This document shows positions 10,195 to 20,016 of a stretch of DNA of 64,000 nt, piece after piece. How positions within the stretch are numbered: the stretch's first letter is position 1; the number at the start of each line of letters is the position of its first letter. The stretch lies in the NCBI GenBank assembly GCA_963813805.1, contig CAWEZZ010000002.1:176558-240557 (forward strand). The letters run 5' to 3'. The notes under the pieces are model-generated. The model saw only the letters and a program-made list of their open reading frames with translations, ran no database searches and was not told where the DNA came from. Origin of the DNA: an uncultured Solirubrobacterales bacterium. GTDB lineage: Bacteria; Actinomycetota; Thermoleophilia; Solirubrobacterales; Solirubrobacteraceae. The position numbers and the translations under genes are program-made.

Positions 10195-10208
10195 GCGCGC
10201 TCCGCCGG

Positions 10209-11993
10209 CTACTTCACCGAGGTGAAGCTGTAGTCCCAGGCGCCGACATTCCACACGTCACCGACGCCGGCGATGTCCTTGGACTCGATGTTTGGCTCCT
10301 TGTCCCAGGCGAAGGGGACGGCGACTGCCTGGGCGACCAATTCCCGGTCGATCTTCGCCCACGCGGCGGCACGTGCCTTCGTGCCGACGATCAATTCGCC
10401 CGCCGCCATCGCTTTGTTGATCGCGGGATTGTTCACCTGGCCGTAGTTATTGTTGCCCGTGGAGACGATGTTGTTGCCGTTGAATGTAACGTCGAGCACG
10501 GCCTGGGGGTCGCCGAAGTCAGCGGCCCAGCCGACGTTTGGACAGACGTCGATCTCTTCCGCCGGCACGCCGCAGAACTTTGAGTACATGACAGATTTGT
10601 CAACGAGGTTAAGTCTCGTCTTGAACCCTAGGTTTCTCAGCGTCTGGTTGACGATTTCCGCATCCTGGGGTTCGGGATCGCCCGTCGCGCCGACGATCTC
10701 GAGCGTCTTTGAGCCCGTGTACTTGCCGCTCGGATAGCCGGCGAGCTTCATGTACTTTTCGGCCACCTGCATGTCCCCGGCTGGGTGGACGTTGTAGTCG
10801 AGGAGCGGTCCGGCCAGGCCGCCGGCCTCTTCGAAGCCGGGGATTTCCGGGTAGATGAAGTGCGTCATAACATTCGTAACGAGTTCGCCGCCGCGAGCCT
10901 TGTTCATCGCGGTGCGGTCGAGCGCCGCCCAGAAGGCCTTGCGAAGGTTGACCTCGGCGAAGGGTCCGCGCTTGTTGTTGACCGCAACGTAGTTGTCGCC
11001 TGCGCCCGGTGAGATCTCGAGTTGTGGGCGGAAGTGTTGATAGGCGAGCTGGACGATCGACTGCGCCGGGGTGTCATTCTGCACCATGTGTGAGCCTTCG
11101 AGGACCTGCCGACCGATGACGGTAGTGTCGCCGCCGATCTCGACATTGATCTGATCGAGGTAGGCAGGCCGGAAGTCGGTGGTTGAGTGCCAGTTTGGGT
11201 TGCGCACAAGCACGGCGGACTTGCCTTGCTGATAGCCGATCCCGAGCACCTTGCCTTCGCCGTTGGACTTGAACATGTACGGGCCGGTGGCGATGAGGTA
11301 GTTGCCGTATTCGGTCGGTTTCTTTGCGTCGTACTTCTTGGCATATTCCTCCGGCACGGGCGCGCTCAGCGGCAGCGCGAGGGCGTCAGCCACGATCTGC
11401 GCCTTCGGTTCAGTGAGATGAAAGACGATCGTGTGCTGATCCGGCGTGACGATGCCGGGGATCGACCCGCCGCTGGCCTTGCTCGCGCCTTCGATCGAGC
11501 TGAAGTAGCTGGAGAAGTAGGGGTTGGCGACGTTCGGGTTTGCGCCGCGCTCGATCGCGTAGGCGACGTCGGCGGAGGTCACTTCGCGGTTGACGGGCGG
11601 GCTGAAGTGGACGCCGGAGCGAATGTGGACGGTAATCGTCCTGCCGTCGGGGGAGATCTGCGGCGGGTCGGAGGCCATGTCCGGAGTCGGGGCGCTGAAC
11701 GCGTTCGGCTTGTGAGAGTAGAGCGGGCGCTGGGTCGCATAGACAGCCTCGTAGTCGACCGAGGAGTAGGCCTGGCCCGGGTCGAGGTGTTCGAAATCCT
11801 GATGGTTGAGGACCGTGAGCGTGCCTCCGCGCTTGCCGCCGCTCTGGGCCTGGGTGTATGGGGTTTGGATCCCCTTGGCAACACCGATGCCGGTGCCGGT
11901 GGAGGTCGAGCTGCTGCTGGAGCCGCACGCGGCGAGCCCCAGCGTGAGCGCTACGGCGAGCGCTGTGAGCGTGACGATTCTGATCGACCCCAT
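10209..11993 (-). CDS. Peptide ABC transporter substrate-binding lipoprotein (family 5)
   Basis: Lipobox LAAC, GGTLTV, LDPG, ATGPY motifs. Confidence 0.92.
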   Translation of the reverse strand: MGSIRIVTLTALAVALTLGLAACGSSSSSTSTGTGIGVAKGIQTPYTQAQSGGKRGGTLTVLNHQDFEHLDPGQAYSSVDYEAVYATQRPLYSHKPNAFSAPTPDMASDPPQISPDGRTITVHIRSGVHFSPPVNREVTSADVAYAIERGANPNVANPYFSSYFSSIEGASKASGGSIPGIVTPDQHTIVFHLTEPKAQIVADALALPLSAPVPEEYAKKYDAKKPTEYGNYLIATGPYMFKSNGEGKVLGIGYQQGKSAVLVRNPNWHSTTDFRPAYLDQINVEIGGDTTVIGRQVLEGSHMVQNDTPAQSIVQLAYQHFRPQLEISPGAGDNYVAVNNKRGPFAEVNLRKAFWAALDRTAMNKARGGELVTNVMTHFIYPEIPGFEEAGGLAGPLLDYNVHPAGDMQVAEKYMKLAGYPSGKYTGSKTLEIVGATGDPEPQDAEIVNQTLRNLGFKTRLNLVDKSVMYSKFCGVPAEEIDVCPNVGWAADFGDPQAVLDVTFNGNNIVSTGNNNYGQVNNPAINKAMAAGELIVGTKARAAAWAKIDRELVAQAVAVPFAWDKEPNIESKDIAGVGDVWNVGAWDYSFTSVK

Positions 11994-12021
11994 TTACGGC
12001 GCCTCCTGTACTTGTCTTTTG

Positions 12022-12193
12022 ACCATCCGGGTCATCCGGCGGTCCTTGGATGCGAGAACCATCCGGGTCATCGCGGTCCTTGGAGCAGAGAACCATCCGG
12101 GTCATCCGGCGGTCCTTGGATACAGAGAACCATCCGGGTCATCCGGCGGTCCTTGGAAGCAGAGAATCATCCGGGTCATCCGGCGGTCTTGGG
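12022..12193. repeat. Tandem repeat of about 34-37 bp, ~5 copies (ACCATCCGGGTCATCCGGCGGTCCTTGGA...GAGA)
   Basis: Seen directly; last unit overlaps the permease stop codon. Confidence 0.9.
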
Positions 12194-13153
12194 GTTGAGG
12201 GCGTCCTGCAGGCCGTCGCCCAGCAGGTTGAACGCGAGCACCGTCAAGAGCAGCGCGATGCCAGGAAATGTCATGTACCACCAGGCGGTGTTGAAGATCG
12301 GTGTGGCGGTGGCGATCATCTGCCCCCAGCTGGCTGTGGGGGGCCGGATGCCGACGCCGAGGAACGACAAGGCCGCCTCGAGCAAGATGTTCTGGGGGAT
12401 CAGCAGGCTCGAGTAGACGATGATCGGCGCCGCCAGGTTGGGCAGGATCTCTCCGAACATGATGCGCGCGTTCGAGGCTCCGAGCGAGCGTGAGGCCTCG
12501 ACGAACTCGCGCTCGCGCAGCGACAGCACGAGCCCCCGCACGATCCGCGCCACATACGTCCAGTTGGCCAGCGCGATCAGGAAGACGATCACGACCAGGC
12601 CGGGCTGGATCGTTCCCGACAGGCAGCCCCTGACCGCGCAGGCCGCGCCGATGCCGAGGCCCAGGAGCAGGATCGGAATCGACAGCACCACGTCCATCAG
12701 ACGCGAGAGCAGCATGTCCACCCAGCCACGGTAAAACCCGGCGAGGACGCCGACTGTCACACCGATCGCCGTCGCGATGGCCGTGCCGAGGATGCCCACC
12801 TCCAGCGAGACCCTGGCCCCGTAGATGACGCGGGACATCACGTCCTGACCGAGCTCATCGACGCCGAACGGATGCGCCAGGCTCGGACCCAACGGGCTGC
12901 CGAACGAGTTGGTGAGGTTGGGGTTCTGCACGGACGGCCCCGGCAGGCCCAGCAGCTTGACCACGAGCGGCGCCGCGAGCGCCAGGACCACGAGGAAGGC
13001 GATGAAGGCGAGTGAGGCCAGCGCCACGCGATCCTGGCGGAACCTGCGCCAAAACAGCTGCAGCGGAGAGCGGGCTGCGATCTCTCCGCCCATGTCCAAG
13101 AAGCCCAGTCCTCCTGGTGCGCCGGGAAGAATCTCGGCGGCGCCGACGCTCAT
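12176..13153 (-). CDS. Peptide ABC transporter permease (OppC/DppC-like)
   Basis: HPFGVDELGQD, REFVEASRSLGA, EAALSFLG, FNLLGDGLQDALNP. Confidence 0.93.
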   Translation of the reverse strand: MSVGAAEILPGAPGGLGFLDMGGEIAARSPLQLFWRRFRQDRVALASLAFIAFLVVLALAAPLVVKLLGLPGPSVQNPNLTNSFGSPLGPSLAHPFGVDELGQDVMSRVIYGARVSLEVGILGTAIATAIGVTVGVLAGFYRGWVDMLLSRLMDVVLSIPILLLGLGIGAACAVRGCLSGTIQPGLVVIVFLIALANWTYVARIVRGLVLSLREREFVEASRSLGASNARIMFGEILPNLAAPIIVYSSLLIPQNILLEAALSFLGVGIRPPTASWGQMIATATPIFNTAWWYMTFPGIALLLTVLAFNLLGDGLQDALNPKTAG

Positions 13154-13264
13154 CTACGGCTCCTCCCGCACGGAGGAGTGCATGTGCTCCTAATGTAGAT
13201 CATCACCAGGCCTAGGAGTTCGACGCCCTCTGGCCGGTGACCTCCCGTGAGAGACCTTTGAAGA

Positions 13265-14713
13265 ATGGATATAGACACTCTGTTCGAGCCTGACGCGGAG
13301 GGCGGGGAATCCTCCGCCGGTCCTGGGCCGGGCCGCGGGGGCGCACCCGCCGGGAATTCGAGCCCGCCCCGCCCCAGCGAAAGCCCCGCCGAGGACGCCC
13401 GCCCGCTGGCGGCGCGCGTACGGCCGAGCCGGTTGGAGGAGTTCGTGGGGCAGACCCATCTGCTGGGGAAGGACTCCGCGCTGCGCATGGCAATCGAGCA
13501 GGGGCACAACCCGCACTCGATGATCCTGTACGGGCCGCCGGGCTCGGGCAAGACGACGCTGGCGCGGATGATCGCGGAGCGCTCGGGCGCGGTATTCGAA
13601 GAGCTGAGCGCTGTGCAGACAGGCCGCGCGGAGGTCCGCGCGGTGCTCGAGCGGGCGGCCCATCGTCAGGCGACGAACGGCACGCGGACGGTGTTCTTCC
13701 TGGACGAGATCCACCGCTTCAACAAGGCTCAGCAGGACGCGCTGCTGCCGGCGGTGGAGGAGGGGCTCCTGGCGCTGATCGGGGCGACGACGGAGAACCC
13801 GGCATTCGAGGTCAACGGGGCGCTGCTGTCGCGGATGCGGGTGTACGCGCTGACGGCGCTCTCAGCGGAGGAGGTCGGAGAGGTGCTGCGCCGCGCGCTG
13901 GCCTCAGAGCAGCTCGATGCCTCGATCGCAGCCACGGCGGACCAGCCGAGCGACGCGGGCAGAGGGATCATGGTCGAGCCGGAGGCGCTGGACTTCCTGG
14001 CGCTGCGCAGCGAAGGGGACGCGCGCACGGCGCTGAATGCTCTGGAGCTGGCGGTGGAGACGGCGGCGGAGCTGGGCGACCGATCGTCCGGGATCGGCCA
14101 GCGCGTGGGAGTCGCGCGCGCCGAGGACGCGCTGCAGCGCCGAGCGGTGCTGTACGACAAAAAGGGCGACCGCCACTACGACTACATCTCCGCCTGGATC
14201 AAGGCCACACGCGGGTCAGACCCGGACGCGTCGCTGTACTACCTGGCGGTGATGCTGGAGGGGGGCGAGGACCCGCGCTTCATCGTGCGGCGGATGGTGA
14301 TCCTCGCCTCGGAGGACATCGGCAACGCCGATCCTGGCGCCCTGTCGGTGGCGACGGCGGCGGCGCAGGCGGTCGAGCACGTGGGGCTGCCGGAGGCCAA
14401 ATTCGCGCTCGCGCAGGCTGCCATCTACCTGTCGTTGGCGCCGAAGTCGAACACGGCCGGTCGCGCGCTGGGCGCGGCGGCAGGCCACGTGCGCGAGCAC
14501 GGCGCGGCGCCCGCGCCGGGGTGGCTGCGCTCCGGTCCGCGGCCCGGGCAGGACGTCGGCGGCTATGACAACCCGCACGCGCACCCCGGACATGTATCCC
14601 CGCAGGAGCTGATGCCGGAGGGGGTGGCTGGGACGAGGTTCTACGAGCCTGACGAGGCCGAGGGGGAGCTTGCCAGACGGTTGGAGGAGATTCGCAGGGC
14701 ACGTGGGCGATAA
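13265..14713 (+). CDS. rarA: Replication-associated recombination protein A (RarA/MgsA)
   Basis: PLAARVRP, GPPGSGKTT, DEIHRFNKAQQD, ATTENP, ASEDIGNADP. Confidence 0.95.
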   Translation: MDIDTLFEPDAEGGESSAGPGPGRGGAPAGNSSPPRPSESPAEDARPLAARVRPSRLEEFVGQTHLLGKDSALRMAIEQGHNPHSMILYGPPGSGKTTLARMIAERSGAVFEELSAVQTGRAEVRAVLERAAHRQATNGTRTVFFLDEIHRFNKAQQDALLPAVEEGLLALIGATTENPAFEVNGALLSRMRVYALTALSAEEVGEVLRRALASEQLDASIAATADQPSDAGRGIMVEPEALDFLALRSEGDARTALNALELAVETAAELGDRSSGIGQRVGVARAEDALQRRAVLYDKKGDRHYDYISAWIKATRGSDPDASLYYLAVMLEGGEDPRFIVRRMVILASEDIGNADPGALSVATAAAQAVEHVGLPEAKFALAQAAIYLSLAPKSNTAGRALGAAAGHVREHGAAPAPGWLRSGPRPGQDVGGYDNPHAHPGHVSPQELMPEGVAGTRFYEPDEAEGELARRLEEIRRARGR

Positions 14714-14789
14714 TCGTCGGGGATGACCTCTGTCTCGACGAACCCTGAGACCTCCTCGTCTGAGAACGTGTTTTCAATTTTTACGCAGT

Positions 14790-14993
14790 GTGCGCTTTTG
14801 TATGTACACCGTAGATACGATGGAGCACAGTCAGCACAAATTGAAAGCCCCACCCGCACATGCGTGCGCTTTTGTATGTACGCCGTAGATACGATGGAGC
14901 ACAGTGAGCACAAATTGAAAGTCCCACCCGCACATGCGTGCGCTTTTGTATCTACCTGAGACATACGATGGCACACAGTGCATGAAATTCAAA
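14790..14993. repeat. AT-rich 74-bp tandem repeat, ~2.7 copies (starts 14790, 14864, 14938)
   Basis: Units 1 and 2 differ at 3 positions; third unit is degenerate and runs into the next gene start. Confidence 0.9.
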
Positions 14994-16591
14994 CACATAC
15001 TGAGACCGCGGCGCCGGGCCAGATGCAGTCGCGCGACCCGGCGACGGGCGAGGTTCTGGGCAGCGTGACGGTCACGCCGCCTGAGCAAATCGACGAGGTA
15101 GTCCGGGCGGTGGGGAAGGTGCAGCCGCTGTGGGCGCTGTTGCGGGTGAAGGACCGGGCCAGGTACATGCGCAGGATGGCGCAGGCGGTGATCGACGAGT
15201 TCGACGAGCTGGCGCAGGCGCTGGCCCGCGAGCAGGGACGGCCGCGCGCGGAGATCGCGGCGCTCGAGCTGTTGGGGGCGATCGACGCGCTGATCTGGAT
15301 CGCCGACGACGGGGCGGATGTGCTGGGTGGCCGGCGTGTGGGGATCAGCCGCTCGCTGTCGATCGCCAAGCGTGCACGCATCGCCTACGAGCCGTATGGC
15401 GTTGTGGGGGTGATCGGGGCGGGCAGCGCGCCGTTTGCGCAGCCGCTCGGCCAGATCGCAGGGGCGCTCTTGGCGGGAAATGGCGTGGTGTTCAAACCCG
15501 CCGGAGGGGCATGCCTGGCCGGTGAGCGGATCGCACGGGTGCTGGCGCGCGCGGGCCTGCCCGAGGGGCTCGTGCGGATCGTGCACGGTGGCGCGGAGGT
15601 CGGCGTGGCGCTGGCACAGGCGCAGGAGGCAAACAAGATCCTGTTCACGGGCTCGCCCGCCGTCGGCCGGACGGTGGCGCGGGCGTGCGTGTCGCGGGAG
15701 AAGGAGGTGACGGTCGAGCTGGGGGGCAAGGATGCGATGCTGGTGCTGGCCGACGCGAACGTGCCACGGGCGGTGGCCGGCGCGCTGTGGGCGGGCTGCG
15801 CCGGCGCGGGCCAGGCGCGGGGTGCGGTCGAGCGCGTGTACGTGGCCGGAGAGGTGTTCGAGCGGTTCCTAGCGGGGCTCGTGAGCGGGGCGGCGGCGCT
15901 GAGGGTGGGCGACCCCGCAGATCCACGCACGCAGGTCGGACCGCTGGCTTCGGCACGACGCCTGGCGCACGTGGAAACGCTGGTGGAGGAGGCGGTGGCG
16001 CAGGGCGCGCAGCTGCGCTGCGGCGGGCCGGTGAGCCCTCCGGGGTGCGATGGGGGCTCGTTCTACGCGCCCGCGGTGATCACCGGCGCGACGCATGAGA
16101 TGCGGCTGATGCGCGAGCCTGTCGACGGACCGGTGCTTGCGGTCGTGACGGTCGACACGGTGGACGAGGCGATCGCGCTGGCCAACGAAAGTGACTACGG
16201 GCTGGGCGCATCGGTGTGGACGGCCGATCGTTACCAGGGCATGCGGATCGCGCGCGAGCTGCACGCGGGCATGGTGTGGCTCAACGACCATCTTCCCGGC
16301 CCGACGGTGTCGCGAGGCCCGTGGGGGGCGGCAGCCGGAGGCGGGCTGGGCCGGACTCTCGGGGAGGCCGGATTGAGAGCCTGCGCGCAGGAGAAGCTCA
16401 TCACCTGGGACCCACCGGGGCTGCGCGGGCTGTGGTGGGGTCCCTACGACGAGCTGACCACCCAAGCCGCGCGGGCGGTGGCCAAGACGCGCTCCGGACG
16501 CGAGTCCGACCGCGAGCGCGCGTGGCGCAGCGGCGCGGTGGCGCTAGCGCGCATGGGAGCACGCGCGCTGGGGCGAGGCCTGCCGCGGTAG
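14978..16591 (+). CDS. Aldehyde dehydrogenase family protein with degenerate active site
   Basis: [30 protein letters not shown] present; catalytic Cys and WNxP Asn not conserved. Confidence 0.85.
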   Translation: MHEIQTHTETAAPGQMQSRDPATGEVLGSVTVTPPEQIDEVVRAVGKVQPLWALLRVKDRARYMRRMAQAVIDEFDELAQALAREQGRPRAEIAALELLGAIDALIWIADDGADVLGGRRVGISRSLSIAKRARIAYEPYGVVGVIGAGSAPFAQPLGQIAGALLAGNGVVFKPAGGACLAGERIARVLARAGLPEGLVRIVHGGAEVGVALAQAQEANKILFTGSPAVGRTVARACVSREKEVTVELGGKDAMLVLADANVPRAVAGALWAGCAGAGQARGAVERVYVAGEVFERFLAGLVSGAAALRVGDPADPRTQVGPLASARRLAHVETLVEEAVAQGAQLRCGGPVSPPGCDGGSFYAPAVITGATHEMRLMREPVDGPVLAVVTVDTVDEAIALANESDYGLGASVWTADRYQGMRIARELHAGMVWLNDHLPGPTVSRGPWGAAAGGGLGRTLGEAGLRACAQEKLITWDPPGLRGLWWGPYDELTTQAARAVAKTRSGRESDRERAWRSGAVALARMGARALGRGLPR

Positions 16592-16619
16592 GCACACGAC
16601 CTCTTACGCTGAGGATGTC

Positions 16620-16740
16620 CCGGGCGGCGCATGCGCCGCCCGGCGGGGCCGCACATGTGCGGCCCCGGGCCATGCCGCATGCGGCATGGCCGTCTATGAC
16701 GGCTACCCTTTTGGGTATGCCCGCCCAGGCCTATGCAGGC
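16620..16740. repeat. Three abutting perfect 24-bp palindromes followed by three short hairpins
   Basis: 16620-16643, 16644-16667 and 16668-16691 are each perfectly self-complementary around CATG. Confidence 0.9.
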
Positions 16741-16797
16741 AAGGAGTGCGTCTGCCAGCTGCGCAGGGGGATCTGCGATCAGAGTTGCGTGCAGGGG

Positions 16798-17469
16798 ATG
16801 CAGGACACCCCGTTCTACATCGCCTGTCTGAAGCTGACCGGCCGCCGTTGCGTGGTGGTGGGTGCTGGAGAGATCGGGCTGGAGAAGGTCGAGGGGTTGC
16901 TGGCCTGCGACGGCGATGTCACGCTGATCGCACCGCACGCGCAGGACGCGCTGGCAGAGTACGCGAGCGAGGGCTCGATCCGCTGGGAGCCGCGCGAGTA
17001 CTCAGGGCCCGGAGACCTGGAGGGCGTGTTCATGGCGATCGCAGCGACGGACGACACCGACGTGAACATCCGCGTCTGGGAGGACTCCGAGCGCCGCGCG
17101 ATGCTGGTCAACGTGGTGGACGTGCCGCCGCTGTGCAACTTCATCCTGCCCGCGATCGTCCGCACCGGGCCGCTGGCGATCGCGATCTCCACCGCGGGGG
17201 CATCCCCCGCGCTGGCAAAGCGCATGAAGCGGGAGATCGAAGGCCAGTTCGGCGAGCCCTATGCGCAGCTGGCGGTGCTCTTGAACGAGGCGCGCGGCTG
17301 GGCCAAGGACACGCTGCCGACCTACCGGGACCGCAAGGAGTTCTTCGAGGGAATCGTTAACGGCGACCCCGACCCGGTGGCACTACTCGGAGACGGCGAT
17401 GAGCAGGCGGTGCGCGACCTGATCGCGCGGGCGCAACGAGAAAGCGCGCTCCAGCTCTCGAGAGTCTGA
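16798..17469 (+). CDS. Precorrin-2 dehydrogenase / sirohydrochlorin ferrochelatase (SirC/Met8/CysG N-terminal)
   Basis: [42 protein letters not shown]. Confidence 0.9.
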   Translation: MQDTPFYIACLKLTGRRCVVVGAGEIGLEKVEGLLACDGDVTLIAPHAQDALAEYASEGSIRWEPREYSGPGDLEGVFMAIAATDDTDVNIRVWEDSERRAMLVNVVDVPPLCNFILPAIVRTGPLAIAISTAGASPALAKRMKREIEGQFGEPYAQLAVLLNEARGWAKDTLPTYRDRKEFFEGIVNGDPDPVALLGDGDEQAVRDLIARAQRESALQLSRV

Positions 17470-17471
17470 GT

Positions 17472-18149
17472 GTGGCTGCACTGGAACTCGAAGGGCTCGC
17501 TCGCCACTACGGCGAGCGCGAGGCTCTGAGCGACGTCTCGCTGTCGTTGGGCGCAGGACAAACGCTCGTCGTGTTCGGAGGAAACGGGGCCGGCAAGACG
17601 ACGCTTTTGCGCATACTCGCAACGCTGCTAAGGCCGCATGCCGGCAGCGCGCGCGTGCTCGGCTCCAGGCTGCCGGATGAGGCGTGGGCGGTGCGCGGAC
17701 GGATCGGACTCCTCGGCCACGAGCCGCTGCTCTACCGCGAGCTCACCGCGCGTGAGAATCTGCGCTTCCACGCGCGTCTGCATGGCGTCGCCGAGGAGCG
17801 CGTCGAGCAGCTGTTGGAGATCGTGGCGATGACCGGCCGCGTGAACGAGCCGCTGCGGACGCTCTCGCGTGGGATGGTCCAGCGCGTGGCTGTCGCCCGC
17901 GCCGTGTTGCACGATCCAGAGCTGCTGCTGCTGGACGAGCCGCGCGCCAACCTCGACCCAGCGGCAATCGAGCTGGTGGATCCGCTGATCGGAGCCACAT
18001 CGGGACACACGCGGGTGATCTCAAGCCACGACCCATCAGGCGGGCTGGCCGAGGCCGACCTAGTGCTGGGCCTGCGTGCCGGCCGGCCGGCCCTGCTGCG
18101 CGCCGCCGGCGACGTGGACCCCGCCGAGATCGCGGAGCTGTACCGGTGA
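17472..18149 (+). CDS. ccmA: Heme exporter ATP-binding protein CcmA
   Basis: GGNGAGKTT, LTARENL, LSRGMVQR, LLLDEP; operon with ccmB and ccmC. Confidence 0.85.
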   Translation: MAALELEGLARHYGEREALSDVSLSLGAGQTLVVFGGNGAGKTTLLRILATLLRPHAGSARVLGSRLPDEAWAVRGRIGLLGHEPLLYRELTARENLRFHARLHGVAEERVEQLLEIVAMTGRVNEPLRTLSRGMVQRVAVARAVLHDPELLLLDEPRANLDPAAIELVDPLIGATSGHTRVISSHDPSGGLAEADLVLGLRAGRPALLRAAGDVDPAEIAELYR

Positions 18150-18931
18150 GCACCCCGACCGGGAGCCCGCACAGCGCGGCGCCCGCAGACGCCCAGGCCC
18201 CGCCGCGGGGTGAGCCCGTCTCGGGGCGAGCGGACGCGGTGGCGGGGAAACCCCCGGGAATGGTGGCGACCGTCGCCGCGCTGCTGCGCAAGGAGCTGCT
18301 GGTCGAGCTGCGCACGCTGGAGTCCGTGCCGGGCATGTCGCTGTTTGCGCTCACCACGTTCGTGGTGTTCCACTTCGCGCTGAATCGCAACAGCGTCGAC
18401 GGCGACCTCGCGGCGGGCATCCTGTGGGTGACATTGCTGTTCGCCGCGATTCTCGGCGTCAACCGCCTATTCGTGGCCGACGCCGATCAGGGCGGCTTCG
18501 ACGGGTTCCTGCTCGCCCCGGTGGACCGCAGCGCGATGCTCGTGGCGAAGGCGCTCGCCCTGCTCGCCTATCTCGTCGTGCTCGAGCTCGTCGCGGTGCC
18601 CGCCTTCGCGCTGCTGCTGCTTGGACCGTCGCTTCCGAACGCGCTCCCGAGCCTGTTCGGGGTGCTCGCGCTCGGCGACGTCGGCGTGGCGGCGATCGGC
18701 ACGCTCGTCGCGGCGCTGGCCGTGCGCACCCGTGCGCGCGACCTGCTCGGACCGCTGCTGGCGCTGCCGCTGCTCGTGCCGATCGTGATCGGCGGGGCGC
18801 GGGCGACCTCGCCGCTCTTCGCGACGCATGCCACGGCGCCGGCGGCGCGCTGGCTACTCACGCTGGGGCTCTATGATCTGGTGTTCGGGCTGATCGCCTA
18901 CGCCCTCTTCGATTTCCTGCTGGAGGATTAG
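18146..18931 (+). CDS. ccmB: Heme exporter protein CcmB
   Basis: Multi-TM; LRKELLVELR, GILWVTLLFA, LLALPLLVP pattern. Confidence 0.87.
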   Translation: MSTPTGSPHSAAPADAQAPPRGEPVSGRADAVAGKPPGMVATVAALLRKELLVELRTLESVPGMSLFALTTFVVFHFALNRNSVDGDLAAGILWVTLLFAAILGVNRLFVADADQGGFDGFLLAPVDRSAMLVAKALALLAYLVVLELVAVPAFALLLLGPSLPNALPSLFGVLALGDVGVAAIGTLVAALAVRTRARDLLGPLLALPLLVPIVIGGARATSPLFATHATAPAARWLLTLGLYDLVFGLIAYALFDFLLED

Positions 18932-18940
18932 ACATAACCC

Positions 18941-19747
18941 ATGTACGGCAAGGGCTTGCGCGCGCTGAGCATCTCCACCGTCGCCGTGATGGCGATCGCG
19001 CTCTCACTCGTCTTCTTCTACGCCCCGCTTGACGCCGAACAGGGCTTTTTGCAGAAGATCTTCTACGTGCACGTGCCGCTGGCAATTGTCGCCCTGTGCG
19101 GCTTCGTGGCGGGCGCGATCATGGCGATCGCCCACCTGCGCACGCGGGACCCCCGCTGGGACATGCGTTCCTACGTGGCGATCCACATGAGCCTGATCTT
19201 TGGTGTCGGCACGCTCATCACGGGGTCGATCTGGGCGAAGGGCTCGTGGGGGCACTGGTGGGTGTGGAGCGAGCCGACGCTCGTGTCGTTCCTGATCGTG
19301 TTCCTGCTGTACGCGACCTACCAGCCGCTGCGCTTCGCGATCGAGGACCCCGAGCGCCAGGCCCGCTACGCGTCGGTGTTCGCGATCACGGCCGGGGCGT
19401 TCGTGCCAATGAACTTCATCGCCGTGCGCCTCTCCACCGCCTATCTGCACCCGCGGGTGCTGGGCAGCACGTCGAACCTGCCGGGCCCGATGGCGCTCAC
19501 GTTCGCAGCGTCGCTGCTGGGCATAGCCCTGCTCTACACGACCCTGTGCAGGTACGAGCTGACCGCCAAGCACACGCGCGCGCAACTGCGCAACCTGCGG
19601 CGGCGGCTGTCAGGCGAGACGGTGGACACGCAGACCCGCCGGCCGCGCAGCGCGGCTCCCACCCTGCACCCCACCGCGATGCACCCCACCGCGATGCACC
19701 CCACCGCGACGATGACCGCGCGCGCGGTGGGAAGGCCAGGGGCCTGA
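18941..19747 (+). CDS. ccmC: Heme exporter / cytochrome c assembly protein CcmC
   Basis: IFYVHVP, TGSIWAKGSWGHWWVW (WWD domain), LHP. Confidence 0.9.
   Translation: MYGKGLRALSISTVAVMAIALSLVFFYAPLDAEQGFLQKIFYVHVPLAIVALCGFVAGAIMAIAHLRTRDPRWDMRSYVAIHMSLIFGVGTLITGSIWAKGSWGHWWVWSEPTLVSFLIVFLLYATYQPLRFAIEDPERQARYASVFAITAGAFVPMNFIAVRLSTAYLHPRVLGSTSNLPGPMALTFAASLLGIALLYTTLCRYELTAKHTRAQLRNLRRRLSGETVDTQTRRPRSAAPTLHPTAMHPTAMHPTATMTARAVGRPGA
19665..19709. repeat. 15-bp coding tandem repeat, 3 copies (LHPTA/MHPTA) in the CcmC tail
   Basis: TGCACCCCACCGCGA x3. Confidence 0.85.
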
Positions 19748-20016
19748 TGTCCGGCGTGATTCTAGGCGAGCTGCCCGCCTTGCCGCTACACACAGCCGGC
19801 AAATACGTGGCCGGGGCCTACGTCGTGCTGTTCGCGCTCGTGCTCATATACGTCGCGATCATGGCTGTCCGCCTGAGCCGCATCGAGCGCGAGCTGGGCG
19901 AGCTGTCCGAGCGCTCCCACTCAGAGACGCCCGAGCTCGACCGATCGGCGTCACCGCCGTCGCAGACGGTGGCCGACCAGCAGAACGTCCGCCATCCCGA
20001 ATCGACGCCGGCATGA
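19747..20016 (+). CDS. CcmD-like small membrane protein
   Basis: TGATG overlap with ccmC and ATGA overlap with hemA; YVAGAY followed by one TM and a charged tail. Confidence 0.75.
   Translation: MSGVILGELPALPLHTAGKYVAGAYVVLFALVLIYVAIMAVRLSRIERELGELSERSHSETPELDRSASPPSQTVADQQNVRHPESTPA

Noticed and set aside
12022-12193. CRISPR array (repeat length ~36 bp)
   Set aside because: Units are contiguous with only a few variable bases and no spacers
13150-13203. Leader peptide (MIYIRSTCTPPCGRSRR) coupled to the opp permease
   Set aside because: ATGA overlap is present but there is no other support; could be chance
14764-14775. LexA/SOS box (GAACGTGTTTTC)
   Set aside because: Mismatch to GAAC-N4-GTTC, and it lies downstream of rarA rather than in its promoter
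14790-14993. CRISPR array (74-bp period; ATTGAAAG resembles CRISPR repeat ends)
   Set aside because: Whole units are near-identical, so there are no unique spacers; no cas genes in the window
16216-16797. N-terminal extension of SirC in the 417-aa ORF call
   Set aside because: Overlaps the ALDH gene and the palindrome array; SirC-like sequence starts near 16798
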